A DNA stretch of 64,000 nucleotides, from NCBI GenBank assembly GCA_963997415.1, contig CAXEMN010000004.1:2969-66968 (forward strand), given 5' to 3'. This document shows positions 35,560 through 51,500 of this stretch, in pieces. Source of the stretch: an uncultured Candidatus Poseidoniales archaeon (GTDB taxonomy: Archaea > Thermoplasmatota > Poseidoniia > Poseidoniales > Poseidoniaceae). The translations under genes and the position numbers were made by a program. Every line of letters begins with the position of its first letter. The first letter of the stretch is position 1. The notes beneath the pieces are model-generated. The model searched no databases, was not told where the DNA came from, and saw nothing but the letters and a program-made list of their open reading frames with translations.

Positions 35560-37608
35560 TTAGGACCACTTTTCCGAGGACTCAAACATTGATTGAGCGA
35601 GGTCTCTGGCCTTCTTTCTTCTCGTGTACTCGATTCGGGCAGAAAGCGAAAGGAAGACAAAACCAAGCATTGCGAATGGTGTGGCCATGGGAATCAGTCC
35701 TGATGCGTTTCGTAGCCCCAACCCCTTTGGAACATCCCTCGCATCAAACCCGTCCGAAGGGGTGAACCGTACATCGAGAAGATCGAGATCGCAGTCACAA
35801 AGTGTCACGGAAATTTGGTCGGGAAAAAGTGAGGATTGAAGCAGGACCCAGTCATTATTCGAAATTGTGGATGGCCGAGTGCCCCATGCAGGCACACTCA
35901 CCGAACCTGTCGCTGGAGCAGTCACCATTTCTACATCAAGATGGAAGACGGTGGAAGTGGGCCTCTCATCGACAACCAGAAGACCCTCAAGCATCAGTAG
36001 ATCGAGTAACAATGAACGCCCGGCGAGAAGGATGAATCGGACCGTCTGATCTTCCAGAAGCCCTTGGTCCGTGGTTTGTACACCTCCTCGTGCAACCTGA
36101 CCGAAAATAGCCTCATCAAGCCTCAAATCTTCAAGTTCTGGAACAACAAGTTGCCATCTCCCGTCCTCCATTGGCCGAACCTCATCAACTTCCAAACGTA
36201 GTTGTAACCGCTCACCATCGAGCATACCCCACGTCGCTCCGGTCTGCTTGACCAGCACCTGTTCAGGCACACCAGGATAGGATACATCCCACAATTGTTG
36301 TAATCGGTATTCCACGAGTTCATCAAGGGAATATTCCTCATCCAGTTGAACCTCATCAGCCCCCGCCCATAATGGATGGAATACGCCTCCAAGAAGCATC
36401 AAAACAACCCCCGGGGCGAACAGACCAAAACGAAGTGAAGTGGATGTTGAATGGCGAAGGCCATCAACACAGAACAAGATCAAAACAAAGAGACAGAGAA
36501 TAAGAAATCCATAGGTGGTGGTCTCGAGTTGAACAGCACCGTTTTCATCACCGAGTGAAGCGGCACCCACTGGATAAAATGAGGTGCCTGAAAAACCACT
36601 GGGGTCAAGGGGTCCAAGGCCTTCGTAAGCCAATTGTCCCGTCCAAGTGTAGGGTTGAAACTTCTCTGCTACACCCCCGAGACATAACGTGTAATCGCCA
36701 AGTGGTAAGGCTCGCCAACGGTAGGTGATTCTGGTCTCAGTCCCATCTTCTGAAACAATCACCTCAGGCGCTGGAGCTTCTCTGCCATTGGGCATGAATA
36801 AATTTGGCAATTGATGTGGTTGTTCGATTTCTATGGGTACCGCCTCCCATATGACAAAGACGCTCAAGACTTCATGCTGTTCAACTTCAAAAGCCCAACA
36901 GTCCCGGTCATTTTCCACAAGTGCACCCTTATGGGAAGTTTCGAACTCAGTCGATTGTGGTTCAAGGTCGCTTGAAGGTTCATCAGAGTTTCTCGATTCA
37001 ATATCTTCCGACCATTCGATGTCGATTTGGAAAAAGGAATTTCCACGCATGTGTAATTCCCAAGTTCCAGGGCGATCGAGGACAAAGGTGAGCCGCAAAC
37101 GAACCACATCTTCCGGCCACAGTACCCGATTACCGTTCAGATTCAATGGTTCATCTTCGAGAATGTAGGGTTCATTCACAGATTGTCCTGGAATGGGTTG
37201 GGCATCAAATTCCCAGTCTGTAACCGATTGACCAAGAATCAGTGATACGTCGAGTTCGGGCCTTGCAGCCCCTGTTGCATCTCCTGAAAACCGAAAGTCA
37301 ATCTCCATTGATGTAAGCACCGAGGGCAATAAAGCAAGTTGATTTTGCTCTGGATCCATATCAAATTCAAACGTTAGACTGCGTGGTTGGGCGGGTGATG
37401 CAAATACGGTATCGGAAAGGACCTCTTCACCTATCGGAGTTGGTGTCAAAAGGCATTCATCATCTTCCACGCAGGAGAGATAGACATCGGATTGTGCTGT
37501 GGTTAACGAAGCACTTACTGATACAAATGGCACCAAAAGTATGGTCGCCATCAGCCCTGCGAGAAGTATCGCAGTGGTACGAGTATTCCCCCGCACCACA
37601 GCTTCCAT
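35560..37608 (-). CDS. hypothetical polytopic membrane/surface protein (signal peptide, large extracytoplasmic domain)
   Basis: N-terminal signal-like LLAGLMATILLVPFVSVSAS. Several TM helices. No catalytic motif recognised. Confidence 0.4.
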   Translation of the reverse strand: MEAVVRGNTRTTAILLAGLMATILLVPFVSVSASLTTAQSDVYLSCVEDDECLLTPTPIGEEVLSDTVFASPAQPRSLTFEFDMDPEQNQLALLPSVLTSMEIDFRFSGDATGAARPELDVSLILGQSVTDWEFDAQPIPGQSVNEPYILEDEPLNLNGNRVLWPEDVVRLRLTFVLDRPGTWELHMRGNSFFQIDIEWSEDIESRNSDEPSSDLEPQSTEFETSHKGALVENDRDCWAFEVEQHEVLSVFVIWEAVPIEIEQPHQLPNLFMPNGREAPAPEVIVSEDGTETRITYRWRALPLGDYTLCLGGVAEKFQPYTWTGQLAYEGLGPLDPSGFSGTSFYPVGAASLGDENGAVQLETTTYGFLILCLFVLILFCVDGLRHSTSTSLRFGLFAPGVVLMLLGGVFHPLWAGADEVQLDEEYSLDELVEYRLQQLWDVSYPGVPEQVLVKQTGATWGMLDGERLQLRLEVDEVRPMEDGRWQLVVPELEDLRLDEAIFGQVARGGVQTTDQGLLEDQTVRFILLAGRSLLLDLLMLEGLLVVDERPTSTVFHLDVEMVTAPATGSVSVPAWGTRPSTISNNDWVLLQSSLFPDQISVTLCDCDLDLLDVRFTPSDGFDARDVPKGLGLRNASGLIPMATPFAMLGFVFLSLSARIEYTRRKKARDLAQSMFESSEKWS

Positions 37609-37654
37609 GCCACCCCGACAAGGGCCTCCCGCATCAATTCAATGGTGGTTCTGC

Positions 37655-38212
37655 TCAAACCTTGTCAGGATTGATTCGATCGGTCAAAACGGTCGAACAC
37701 ACTCTGCATTTGTATCGGCCGCGAGAACGTTTCTGTCGGGGATAGGTTGTGTCGCAAGTGGCGCAAACCCAAAGCCAATCCGCTCGACTTCGCCTCATCA
37801 ATTCGGTGAACTCACGTGCATGTTTTGATGCTCTTCGTCCAGGCCAAGCAGACTCCAACGCCCTGAAGGTGGAATCATGTGCTCTAAATCCGAGAGCATG
37901 GATGTATTCATGATGGAGGACAAATGCGCCATAGGGTCGCCATTCTTCATCCAAGAGGCGTGGATGCAAATCGATCACATCCACATCTGAAACGCGCATT
38001 TGATTGAGATTGACCCCCCGTTTCCAGCGGGTCACGCCATGACGCTGTGTAGCGTTTTTGCGGAGAACCCCAAGAGGAATGTCCCGAAGTTCCTCAATTG
38101 GAGCGTCAGCCCATACTGGCATATCCAGCATGATGTCGACAACAGCATCTCTGAGTTCTTTCAGGTTGGCCTTCGCTTCAATGCTTGGCCGCACCAAACC
38201 GCTCAACTCCAT
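37655..38212 (-). CDS. SprT-like zinc metallopeptidase-domain protein with C-terminal zinc ribbon
   Basis: HHEYIH (HExxH) motif and CATCDTTYPRQKRSRGRYKCRVC zinc ribbon. Start is uncertain. Confidence 0.45.
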   Translation of the reverse strand: MELSGLVRPSIEAKANLKELRDAVVDIMLDMPVWADAPIEELRDIPLGVLRKNATQRHGVTRWKRGVNLNQMRVSDVDVIDLHPRLLDEEWRPYGAFVLHHEYIHALGFRAHDSTFRALESAWPGRRASKHAREFTELMRRSRADWLWVCATCDTTYPRQKRSRGRYKCRVCSTVLTDRINPDKV

Positions 38213-38667
38213 CGGTGGTAAGCGGGATGGCCTTCCTTCACAGCAACGAATAGCCCTTTGCCTGTGGCGCAAACTTTTCCATCTGCCTCCAGAAGCAACT
38301 CGACCTGTACCTTGCTTCCTTCGATAGAAATCACTTGACTTGTGATATGCAAAGCTGTGTCTTTGGGTGTCGGCCTCCGGAGCTGAACGGAGTAAGAGGC
38401 AGTCACGGTGCAGGGTGGCTCATCTGCGCCATCACGGTCCATCAGAGCTACCGCTGCTGTCCAGTTCCCATGGCAATCGAGCAATGTTCCGATGATCCCT
38501 CCATTCACCATGCCTGGAAATGCTTGGTGATGTGGCTCCGGGGTGTATTCCATACGCAGGCCATTCTCAATGCGATGGCTATCAATTCTGAGGCCTTTCT
38601 CATTGGCAGGCCCACAACCAAAACAGATGGATGAGGGAGCGTACTGTTGTTGCACTCCGGGTTGGCT
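38203..38667 (-). CDS. PaaI/hotdog-fold acyl-CoA thioesterase family protein
   Basis: GGIIGTLLDCHGNWTAAVA matches the hotdog thioesterase signature. Start trimmed to MSQPGV. Confidence 0.55.
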   Translation of the reverse strand, partial: SQPGVQQQYAPSSICFGCGPANEKGLRIDSHRIENGLRMEYTPEPHHQAFPGMVNGGIIGTLLDCHGNWTAAVALMDRDGADEPPCTVTASYSVQLRRPTPKDTALHITSQVISIEGSKVQVELLLEADGKVCATGKGLFVAVKEGHPAYHRWS

Positions 38668-38762
38668 CATGGTTGACGGTGAGGGCCAAAGCACTTCTTT
38701 TCTTTGCTCTTATCGAGTGAAACAAACGCAGTGTTCATGGGGGGTGCGGTCGTGAGAGAAGC

Positions 38763-40097
38763 ATGGCAGCAAAGAAATCACGTCGAAAGACGAAGGTTCG
38801 AGTTGCCCATGAACTTCCTAAACGTAGACGAATCGCGATTCAAGAAGCGATGAATGCACACAAATTGGAAGACAGGCCAGAATGGGATCGAAGTGCTGAT
38901 TGGGGCAATGTCAAATTCTATAGAAAGACAATCAAGCCAGGCACTATGCGAACCATATCCCTGCCACTTCTCGAAACCGACCTCGGCGATCCTTGGCCAA
39001 TCCCAGTCACCATCCTGCACGGCATTCGCCCCGGTCCAACCATCACCGTGCTTGGAGGTGTTCACGGTGACGAACTCACAGGGCCATCCGCTTGTACACA
39101 CTTACTTTCAAACGCATTCACAGATATTGGTAAACCACTCGATCCTGCGCAGATGGCAGGCACAATACGAATTGTGCCAATCATTAATCTGCCAGGATAC
39201 CGGTCGAAATCTCGATACTTCCCCGATGGCCGTGATTTGAATAGGCAATTTCCTGGAGATTTCAAGGGTTCCACGACACGAAGAGTTGCTGCTCAACTGT
39301 GGAAGTATTTGCTGAATGACGTCGACGCTATCGTTGATCTACACAGCGCTGGAAAAGGCAGGTCAAACATGCCACAAGTTCGTGCAGACTTGGCTCATGC
39401 TGGTTCGAACATCCTCGCGAAGACCTTTGGAATTGAAATCATTCTTGATTCGAAGCCACCATCCGGATCACTACGAAAAGTGGCGGTAAGCAAGGACATT
39501 CCATCAATCACCTACGAGGGAGGTGGGGCAAATTTACTCGATCATGAATCGGTCAATGTCGCCATCCAAGGCGTGGTTAATGTGTTGAAATCTCTTCGCA
39601 TGATCCCCGGTAACCCGAACCGTCCACGTTTCAGGATGTTAGCGAGTGGGTCTCATTGGCTACGGTCTGGCGAAGGTGGACTTCTCGACATGTTCGTGAG
39701 TTCTGGTTCTGTGATGCGAGAGGGCGAAGTCATTGCAACAGTTTCCGACCCTGCAAACCCTGGCCTCACCGTCGATATTGTCGCTCCGGAAGATGGATTG
39801 CTGATCGGTGCTGCCACGAACCCGTTCACCGCTGCTGGCATGCCAGTTGGACATTTCCTTCCAATATCGAAGCACATCAAGTTGCTTCAAGATCAGATTG
39901 ACCAGCACGGTAGGTTCCTTGTCTGCGGTTCACAAAATGATGCTGTATGGCGCGAAGAAACCGATATTGATGAAGTTGCACTCGAAGGCGAGTGGAGCGG
40001 CGGTGGGGTTGATTCTGAATGGGTTGGCTCTAAACCCACCTTGCATCACGCATCAGAGGACGCCTTTGCTGAGCAAGAAGAAGAGAATGAATCGTAA
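38763..40097 (+). CDS. succinylglutamate desuccinylase/aspartoacylase (AstE/AspA, M14-like) family protein
   Basis: ITVLGGVHGDELTGPSA and IVPIINLPGY motifs of the AstE/AspA zinc hydrolase family. Confidence 0.6.
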   Translation: MAAKKSRRKTKVRVAHELPKRRRIAIQEAMNAHKLEDRPEWDRSADWGNVKFYRKTIKPGTMRTISLPLLETDLGDPWPIPVTILHGIRPGPTITVLGGVHGDELTGPSACTHLLSNAFTDIGKPLDPAQMAGTIRIVPIINLPGYRSKSRYFPDGRDLNRQFPGDFKGSTTRRVAAQLWKYLLNDVDAIVDLHSAGKGRSNMPQVRADLAHAGSNILAKTFGIEIILDSKPPSGSLRKVAVSKDIPSITYEGGGANLLDHESVNVAIQGVVNVLKSLRMIPGNPNRPRFRMLASGSHWLRSGEGGLLDMFVSSGSVMREGEVIATVSDPANPGLTVDIVAPEDGLLIGAATNPFTAAGMPVGHFLPISKHIKLLQDQIDQHGRFLVCGSQNDAVWREETDIDEVALEGEWSGGGVDSEWVGSKPTLHHASEDAFAEQEEENES

Positions 40098-41357
40098 TCA
40101 CGATTGGAAGGCTGCGACAGCAGACTCGACTTCTTCATCGGTCATGTTTCGTCGTTGGCTCTTGGCCACTTCAAACAGATGAGCAACAAGTTCGTCAGTT
40201 GCTTCGTGACCGTTTTGTTCCAACCACCAAATGATGTTGGAGCGACCTGCCATATGGCCGATTCGGATCACTTGTTTCAAGCCGAAGTCGCCTGCTGGGA
40301 CACCAGAGTAGACACGATCTGCTAACCAATCATCACCCTTGCGCATGGCCTTGATGACCGCTGAGGCGTGAACTCCTGTTCCTGTTTCGAAGGCATCCTC
40401 GCCAAAGACTGGATAATTCCGTGACAGTGGAACCTCAATGTACTCGTGAGCTTTCTTGACATAGGCATCAAGCTTTGTGAGGTCATTATCGATGACCCCC
40501 ATGAGTTTGAGGTTGACGAGGGTTTGGTCGAGTGGTGCATTCCCTGCACGCTCCCCGACACCCAAAGCAGTGCCATGAATCACATCTGCACCGGCTTCGA
40601 CGGCTGCGATATTGTTGGCAACACCCAATCCTCGGTCTTGATGACCATGCCAGTTGACCTCGATTTCGTTTCGCTTGTATCCACCATCTTTGATGACCTC
40701 TTCGTCGATGAAATGGAGCAGTTGCTTCACACCGTTTGGCGTGACGTGACCACAGGTGTCACAGACGCAGAGTCTTCGAGCACCAAGTTCCATGGCTCGC
40801 AAGTAAATCTGTTTGACATCCTCAGGTTTTGAACGGGTTGTGTCTTCGGTAACAAACATGACTGGAACATCGTTGTCAACAGCGTAGGATACTGCTTTCT
40901 CCATCGTGGAGAGGAGCTTTTCCATGGTCCAACCTTCAGTGTACTGTCGAATCGGACTTGTACCCAAGAACGCACTTGCTTGAATCGGCACGCCGTATTT
41001 CTGTTGAAGATCAACCAATGGTTCAATGTCGTTCATCAGTGTACGCACCGCTGCACCTGGTCGAATGTTGAAATCGTTGTCGATGATGTGGGAGACCATG
41101 GCTTCAATGTGCTCCAAGTGGAATGGTCCTGCCCCAGGTAGCCCGAGATCGACCTTCTGCATGCCAAGGTCTTCCATGAAGGTCAAAAGTTCAATCTTTT
41201 GTTCAATGGTGGGGTTTCGTGCGCTTGGGCTCTGCAATCCATCACGGAGAGTTTCATCATCAAACCAAACACCATGAGGGTGATTTGCAGGGTTTCGCGC
41301 AAGATCATACTCGACTTTATTCCAATCGTAAATCAAAGAACGTTCATCCATAGACAA
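40098..41357 (-). CDS. HMGL-like (2-isopropylmalate/homocitrate/citramalate synthase family) protein
   Basis: DETLRDGLQS TIM-barrel metal-site motif and WHGHQDRGLGVANNIAAVEAGA block of the DRE-TIM/HMGL-like family. Lacks the long LeuA regulatory domain. Confidence 0.65.
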   Translation of the reverse strand: MSMDERSLIYDWNKVEYDLARNPANHPHGVWFDDETLRDGLQSPSARNPTIEQKIELLTFMEDLGMQKVDLGLPGAGPFHLEHIEAMVSHIIDNDFNIRPGAAVRTLMNDIEPLVDLQQKYGVPIQASAFLGTSPIRQYTEGWTMEKLLSTMEKAVSYAVDNDVPVMFVTEDTTRSKPEDVKQIYLRAMELGARRLCVCDTCGHVTPNGVKQLLHFIDEEVIKDGGYKRNEIEVNWHGHQDRGLGVANNIAAVEAGADVIHGTALGVGERAGNAPLDQTLVNLKLMGVIDNDLTKLDAYVKKAHEYIEVPLSRNYPVFGEDAFETGTGVHASAVIKAMRKGDDWLADRVYSGVPAGDFGLKQVIRIGHMAGRSNIIWWLEQNGHEATDELVAHLFEVAKSQRRNMTDEEVESAVAAFQS

Positions 41358-41435
41358 TCACCACGCTCGCCAAATCATGGCCGGCGCATTCGATGACAAA
41401 CCGAAGTCATGTTTGAAGGCGTCGCTGCGCCATCA

Positions 41436-46275
<4,840 letters not shown>

Positions 46276-46491
46276 CTATACCTCGCACTCCCCTACAATA
46301 TTACCCTGTGACGAGGGGGTATAAAGGTAGTGCAATATCCCCTTCTTAGACCCGTAAAAAACCCCTAAATTAAGACATTCAAAACCATCAATTCCAACCC
46401 CAATCTCGGCGTCAAAAAGACATGAATTTCAACCAATCTCAGCGAACAGCCCATGCGAGAGCGTTAAGAAGCGGGCCCAAGTCCGAAAGGC

Positions 46492-47289
46492 ATGGCTGAC
46501 CCGTTGGTTTGTGTGTCCCTCGAAGGAACAACTGTGAAAGAAATGCTCGATGAAGCGGCCCGTGCAGGAATTGCAGGCGCTGATTTGATCGAAGTTCGAT
46601 TCGACCGATTGTACCTGAGTCGACCTGAGCCAACCGTCACAGAAAACGAAGAAGGTGAAGTGACAAAAACCATGCCTCCCGCCAATGAGTGGCCTGTTCG
46701 AGACTTCACCGATATCGATGTTGATGCATCGATTACTGCTCTAAAAGAAGGCATTGCCCTTCCTGTCATTTTCACTGCCCGACCCGTTCGAGAAGGTGGA
46801 TACTTTTCAGGTGACGAAGCACAACGTATTGACGTGCTCAAGCAAGGCATCGCTTCGGGAGCGACCTGGGTTGATCTCGAACTCTCCATCAAGGAAAAAG
46901 ACCGCACAGCCCTCGTAGAAGAAGCAAAGAAAGCATCCTGCAAGATCGTCGCATCGATGCACGACACCGATAGCACACCAAGCGCCGAAGAGATTCAAAA
47001 CATCATCACATCGAACGCTGAAATGGGCGACATGGTCAAATTCTGCGGCACAGTCAACGATCACCAAGATGCGCTTCAGATTGTTGAAGCCACTCACGCA
47101 TTGGCCTCAGAAAAAGTAGCCTACGCTGCAATGGCCCTTGGCAACGGTGGCGATTGGGCTCGTTTGCACGCTCCAGTCCTCAACCAAGCCATGGTTTATG
47201 CAACGATGCGCAACGAATTCCGACTCTCCGATAAAGGGCTTGTCAACGTACGGGACCTCAAGGAAGCCTGGAATTTGCTAGAATACTGA
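46492..47289 (+). CDS. aroD: 3-dehydroquinate dehydratase, type I
   Basis: N-terminal LVCVSLEGTTVKEMLDEA...ADLIEVRFD. Schiff-base lysine context CKIVASMHDTDSTP matches the AKVVMSNHDF of type I DHQase. Confidence 0.7.
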   Translation: MADPLVCVSLEGTTVKEMLDEAARAGIAGADLIEVRFDRLYLSRPEPTVTENEEGEVTKTMPPANEWPVRDFTDIDVDASITALKEGIALPVIFTARPVREGGYFSGDEAQRIDVLKQGIASGATWVDLELSIKEKDRTALVEEAKKASCKIVASMHDTDSTPSAEEIQNIITSNAEMGDMVKFCGTVNDHQDALQIVEATHALASEKVAYAAMALGNGGDWARLHAPVLNQAMVYATMRNEFRLSDKGLVNVRDLKEAWNLLEY

Positions 47290-47340
47290 GCCATAAGGGC
47301 GTCTGAGAGGCGAGCAGGGCTTGTCAGCCCCCGATTGTCG

Positions 47341-48549
47341 TCAAAGGTCCAATTCTTCACCTGAAGGCACATTCATCGACTCGGGCGGAGGCGTTGTCAA
47401 CAACTGACCTGCCTGAGGTGGCACAGCAACTCCTGGTAATTGATCGGGCAAGGGTGAATTTGGTTGACCAATCGTTTGTGGCATTGGGGCCACAGGCATT
47501 GTCGGCGAGGGGACCTCTTGGCCAAATTGAGGCAAATCTGCTGGCCGTTCAAGTGAAGGGACAAGCCCCTCCGAGGCATCTTTGGGCGAGAGCCCTGCTT
47601 TCATGTACCTTGCATTAAGGATGAAAGGAGCTGCTAAAGCACCAAGTAAAACAACCATGAAGGTAAGAGCAACGGTGTAAGGAGGCAGGATCAATGAACG
47701 GCTTGTCGTGACAATAGTGACATCAGCAGCAATCGTTACATCTGGCGCATCTGAATCATAGTCATGGATATTGTCCCAAGCATCAACAATGAGGTAGAAG
47801 TCTTGCCAGTCCGCACCCCCCCATATTGGAGTGTAAACCTCGGCTTTGTCGAGGTTCAAGGCAAAGTTGACCGAACTTACACGCTCATATTCATGTGAAT
47901 CGCGGTATGATTTCCAGCCAAGTGGATTCCAACTTCGCCATTCTGGAGGGATGTCGCTCAACGACTCTTCCAAGTCACCTTCGTAGCACCACCAGGTTTC
48001 TCGCTGGCTACATTCATAGGAGGAACGGTAGGAATCATATTCTGCTGTTGTCAGCAAGTAGACATCGCCTGTGACGGGGTTTGCATCTGCATCTTGTAGC
48101 GTCACACAGATGGTTGTACGGTGGGTTGCTGAAAGATTCAATCGCAGTACGCCAGCACTGTTGTTGCCGATCAGCATCGTTGTGTAGTGGCTTGTTTCAA
48201 GTGGCTCAAGAACTGGTAAGTTCCACATGTTTTGTTGGTACATCCATGGCTCTTCGGGCCCAAGACCGGATTGAGCGGCATTTTGTTGGGAGGGCCCATT
48301 TTGATCCTCCTCGTAATAGTAATCGTCTTCGTAGTACCTTCCATCATAATACGGGTCATAACTGCCAGAATAATGTGGAACGAGAGCCATGCGTTGCATG
48401 GTTTGATTCCATTCAATTGCTTGCGTATCACCTTGGCAAGCATCTGCAGCTTGGGCATGAGTGAGGATTGGCGTTGAAAACGCACCCGATAAAACAGGCA
48501 TCATCATGATGAGGACCAATGTCAAAGCCATGTGATTTCGCATACTCAT
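47341..48549 (-). CDS. hypothetical secreted protein with C-terminal TM anchor and Pro-rich cytoplasmic tail
   Basis: Signal peptide MALTLVLIMMMPVLSGAFS. TM helix VALTFMVVLLGALAAPFIL. Tail rich in P/Q/G. Confidence 0.4.
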   Translation of the reverse strand: MSMRNHMALTLVLIMMMPVLSGAFSTPILTHAQAADACQGDTQAIEWNQTMQRMALVPHYSGSYDPYYDGRYYEDDYYYEEDQNGPSQQNAAQSGLGPEEPWMYQQNMWNLPVLEPLETSHYTTMLIGNNSAGVLRLNLSATHRTTICVTLQDADANPVTGDVYLLTTAEYDSYRSSYECSQRETWWCYEGDLEESLSDIPPEWRSWNPLGWKSYRDSHEYERVSSVNFALNLDKAEVYTPIWGGADWQDFYLIVDAWDNIHDYDSDAPDVTIAADVTIVTTSRSLILPPYTVALTFMVVLLGALAAPFILNARYMKAGLSPKDASEGLVPSLERPADLPQFGQEVPSPTMPVAPMPQTIGQPNSPLPDQLPGVAVPPQAGQLLTTPPPESMNVPSGEELDL

Positions 48550-48597
48550 GACCTCCCTACAAAGTTCGCTGAACTTGAAGGTTCAAGGTAGTAGCGG

Positions 48598-51500
48598 TCA
48601 ACCGCGCCTTCGAAGTGGGCGAACATACCCACTGTCATCGCTTCGACGCTCATCTTTTGATAAAATCCCTGGTGCAGGCGGTGGCGTGTGGTGATCCATG
48701 CCGAGTAAACCACCTTGGTTCTCAACGAGTTCCACATCTGCATAAGATTCTGCGGCCTGCTTTGCTTCATCTTCAAGATCCGAAGGTTCACGCATAACGA
48801 GGTATCCAAGGATAAGGGCCACGGCAATGAGGGCGACAAAGGTAGCAAGGTCTGAGCCCGCTTCTGTAAGCCAACTCTTCCAATCATCAACACTGAAATC
48901 CGAAAGGGAAGGAGCTGCATTTGGTGGCGTACTTACTTCGATGTCTTGAGTCATCTCAACACACATGCCTAGGCCATCACAGACCTGAATCATGAGCGTG
49001 TAGACGCCCGGGTCTTCATAGGTCGCTGATATTCGAGAGGTCGAACCAGAAAGTGGGTCAACCCAATCGTCCGCAGGGTCGCCATTTTCATTTTCATCGA
49101 CCTCAATGTCCAAGTCCCATCGCACAACAAGGTCTGGGTTCAATGATTCATCCCGATCTGAAATTGAACCATCGTTGACGTTGGTATCCCTGTAGAGGGC
49201 AATGCCGAGATCAACTTCCAAATCTGAGATGTTTGCACTCAATGAGTTTGAATCCCCCGAGAAGATTTCATCAGGTATCAAGAGGTTATGAATCACAGGA
49301 GGGTGATCAACCAACACAGTGAATGATGCCCGACTCACATCGCCAGTGCCAAAGGCATCACGGACAGTGAGGGTCACGGTGTATTCACCTGGAAGCGTGA
49401 ATGCGTGCCAAGGCGAGGGTTCCGAGTTAATCGGCGATCCATCACCAAAGTCCCACGTGTACTGAACAAGGCCGTTCCAATCGGGAGATTCTGCCTCAAG
49501 TGGAATGTATTTGCCTTCGAACATACGGTCACCATCCCGGGTGCCATCCGAGTCAAAATAGAGCAGTGTGTGTGGTGCAGCGTAGGTATCGCCTGCTTCG
49601 TTGAAGGTTCTCGACCACATGTCCGGCATCGTTCCTTCTTCGAAGGTGGTCGAATCTGTGATTAATTCTCCATCGATCCAAGCATCCAAGATTCGAACGG
49701 AGATAATTGGTAGTGGATTGGCCATCTCAATCGTAAGGATTCGTGGAGTGCTTGCCTCGCCCGCCTCATCAAAGACGACAAGGGTCACACTGTGAATGCC
49801 CGGTTCGGTGAAGGTGTGAGTGACCTGTGGTCGATCCCCAAAGGTCCCATCAGAAAAGGTCCAGTTGAATGTCAAATCTGATGAATCTCCGACGGTGCCA
49901 TCCGGATCAAATGAATCCCTGCCATCGAAAGTGTAGGGGGTATCCACCTGGCCATCTTCGACTCTAAAATCAACCGTCGAAGAGCCTGTTGTCGCCGTTG
50001 TTCGGACAATGAAATCACTCACGGGGAGCTGATTGTGGACCATGACGCTCAGGGTGGTTGTAACGGAACTACCATCGTCATCTGTGACAGTCAGTACAAC
50101 GGATTTCAACCCTGGAGAGTTCCAAGCAGGCATTGGGTTCGCGCTGTTCGAGGTTGTGGAGATAAATTCGTCCGTTCGGTCGCTAATACCTCCATCGAGG
50201 TTGACTCCATCCGGGAACGACCACTCGTAGGCAACAATAGTACCATCATCATCAGTGAATACATCCGGCATGACAATGGCCGTGTAGGTGTAGGTGGAAA
50301 GGTTATCAGTGAAAATTTGGAACGGGATTCTGTTATTGACATTCACAATGATTTCTTTGATGCCCGTGTTGATTCCATCTGAAACTGTAAGCGTCAGGTT
50401 GTAGGTCGCAACAGTACCTGAAATATCGCCCCATTCGTGGGCATATTCGTAAACGCCGATGCCCGAATCGATTGTACCATCGCCCCAGTCCCAACTGTAC
50501 TCCAGTCGATCCGTTGGAACATTGTCGATGGTTCGAGCAGCAGAGAAGAGAATCAATTGATTGGTCAAGATGTTAATTTCATTCTCAATGACGACATTGT
50601 TCACCGTGATGATTGGCAATGGCGGGGTTGTGTCACTGACATTGATTTGCAGGACCGATGTTTCCGACCACGTGTTGCCTTGATCCATGACACGCAGCGT
50701 GACGTTGTAGACGCCAGCTGATTCGTAAGATCGCAGAGGTGATTTTAGACCCGAGGTGCTGTTATCTCCGAAATCCCAAGCATAGGCGATTGGAGCATCG
50801 AGGTAGGGCAACGAGTTGTTGTCCAAGGACAAGCCCCATGCGTCAAATCCATCGCCTGTGAACTGAACATTTTCCCACGTCTGCGTAGCGTTCGGGTCGA
50901 GGGTCCCATTTGCCGTTGGCTTCATGTTGTTGAGGACTTGGGGCGCTGTGGTAATGCTGTCAACAGTGGTTCCAATCATGTCCACCATGTCCATTTTGAA
51001 GGTGTATTGTCCGTTCAGAGGTGCGGTGAACCAAAACGATTCTTCTGTGGCCACACCGCCGCCTGCTGCAACCCTCTTGGTGAGGCGATCAACCTCAACA
51101 CCTGACGCGTCAAGCACAGTCATGGTCACATCAAGGTCTTCAAAGAAGGCGTTCGAGAAGACCTCGTAGTCAATTTGAGCAGTATCGGGGGCGCCATCAC
51201 CATCACGGTCGATTTGTGCGTCCGTTGCGGTCACAGTGAGGCTTGCAGGTGCTGTGATGCGTGCAGCTTCGATATCCACGGTGCCTTGAGGATACGATGA
51301 GCCGCACGAAGTGTAATCGCAATCAGCGACCGTACTTGCATACCATGTGATGGCCCATACCTCATTCGTGAGGTTCCCAAACCCTGGAACAAGAGCAGTA
51401 GCCACATTGTTTTGGAAATTAAGGTCGGTCACCGACCAAAGCCCGTCAGCAGTGGATTGACTGACGACAACACCATCGAATTGGCTCACATCAGCAGTCA

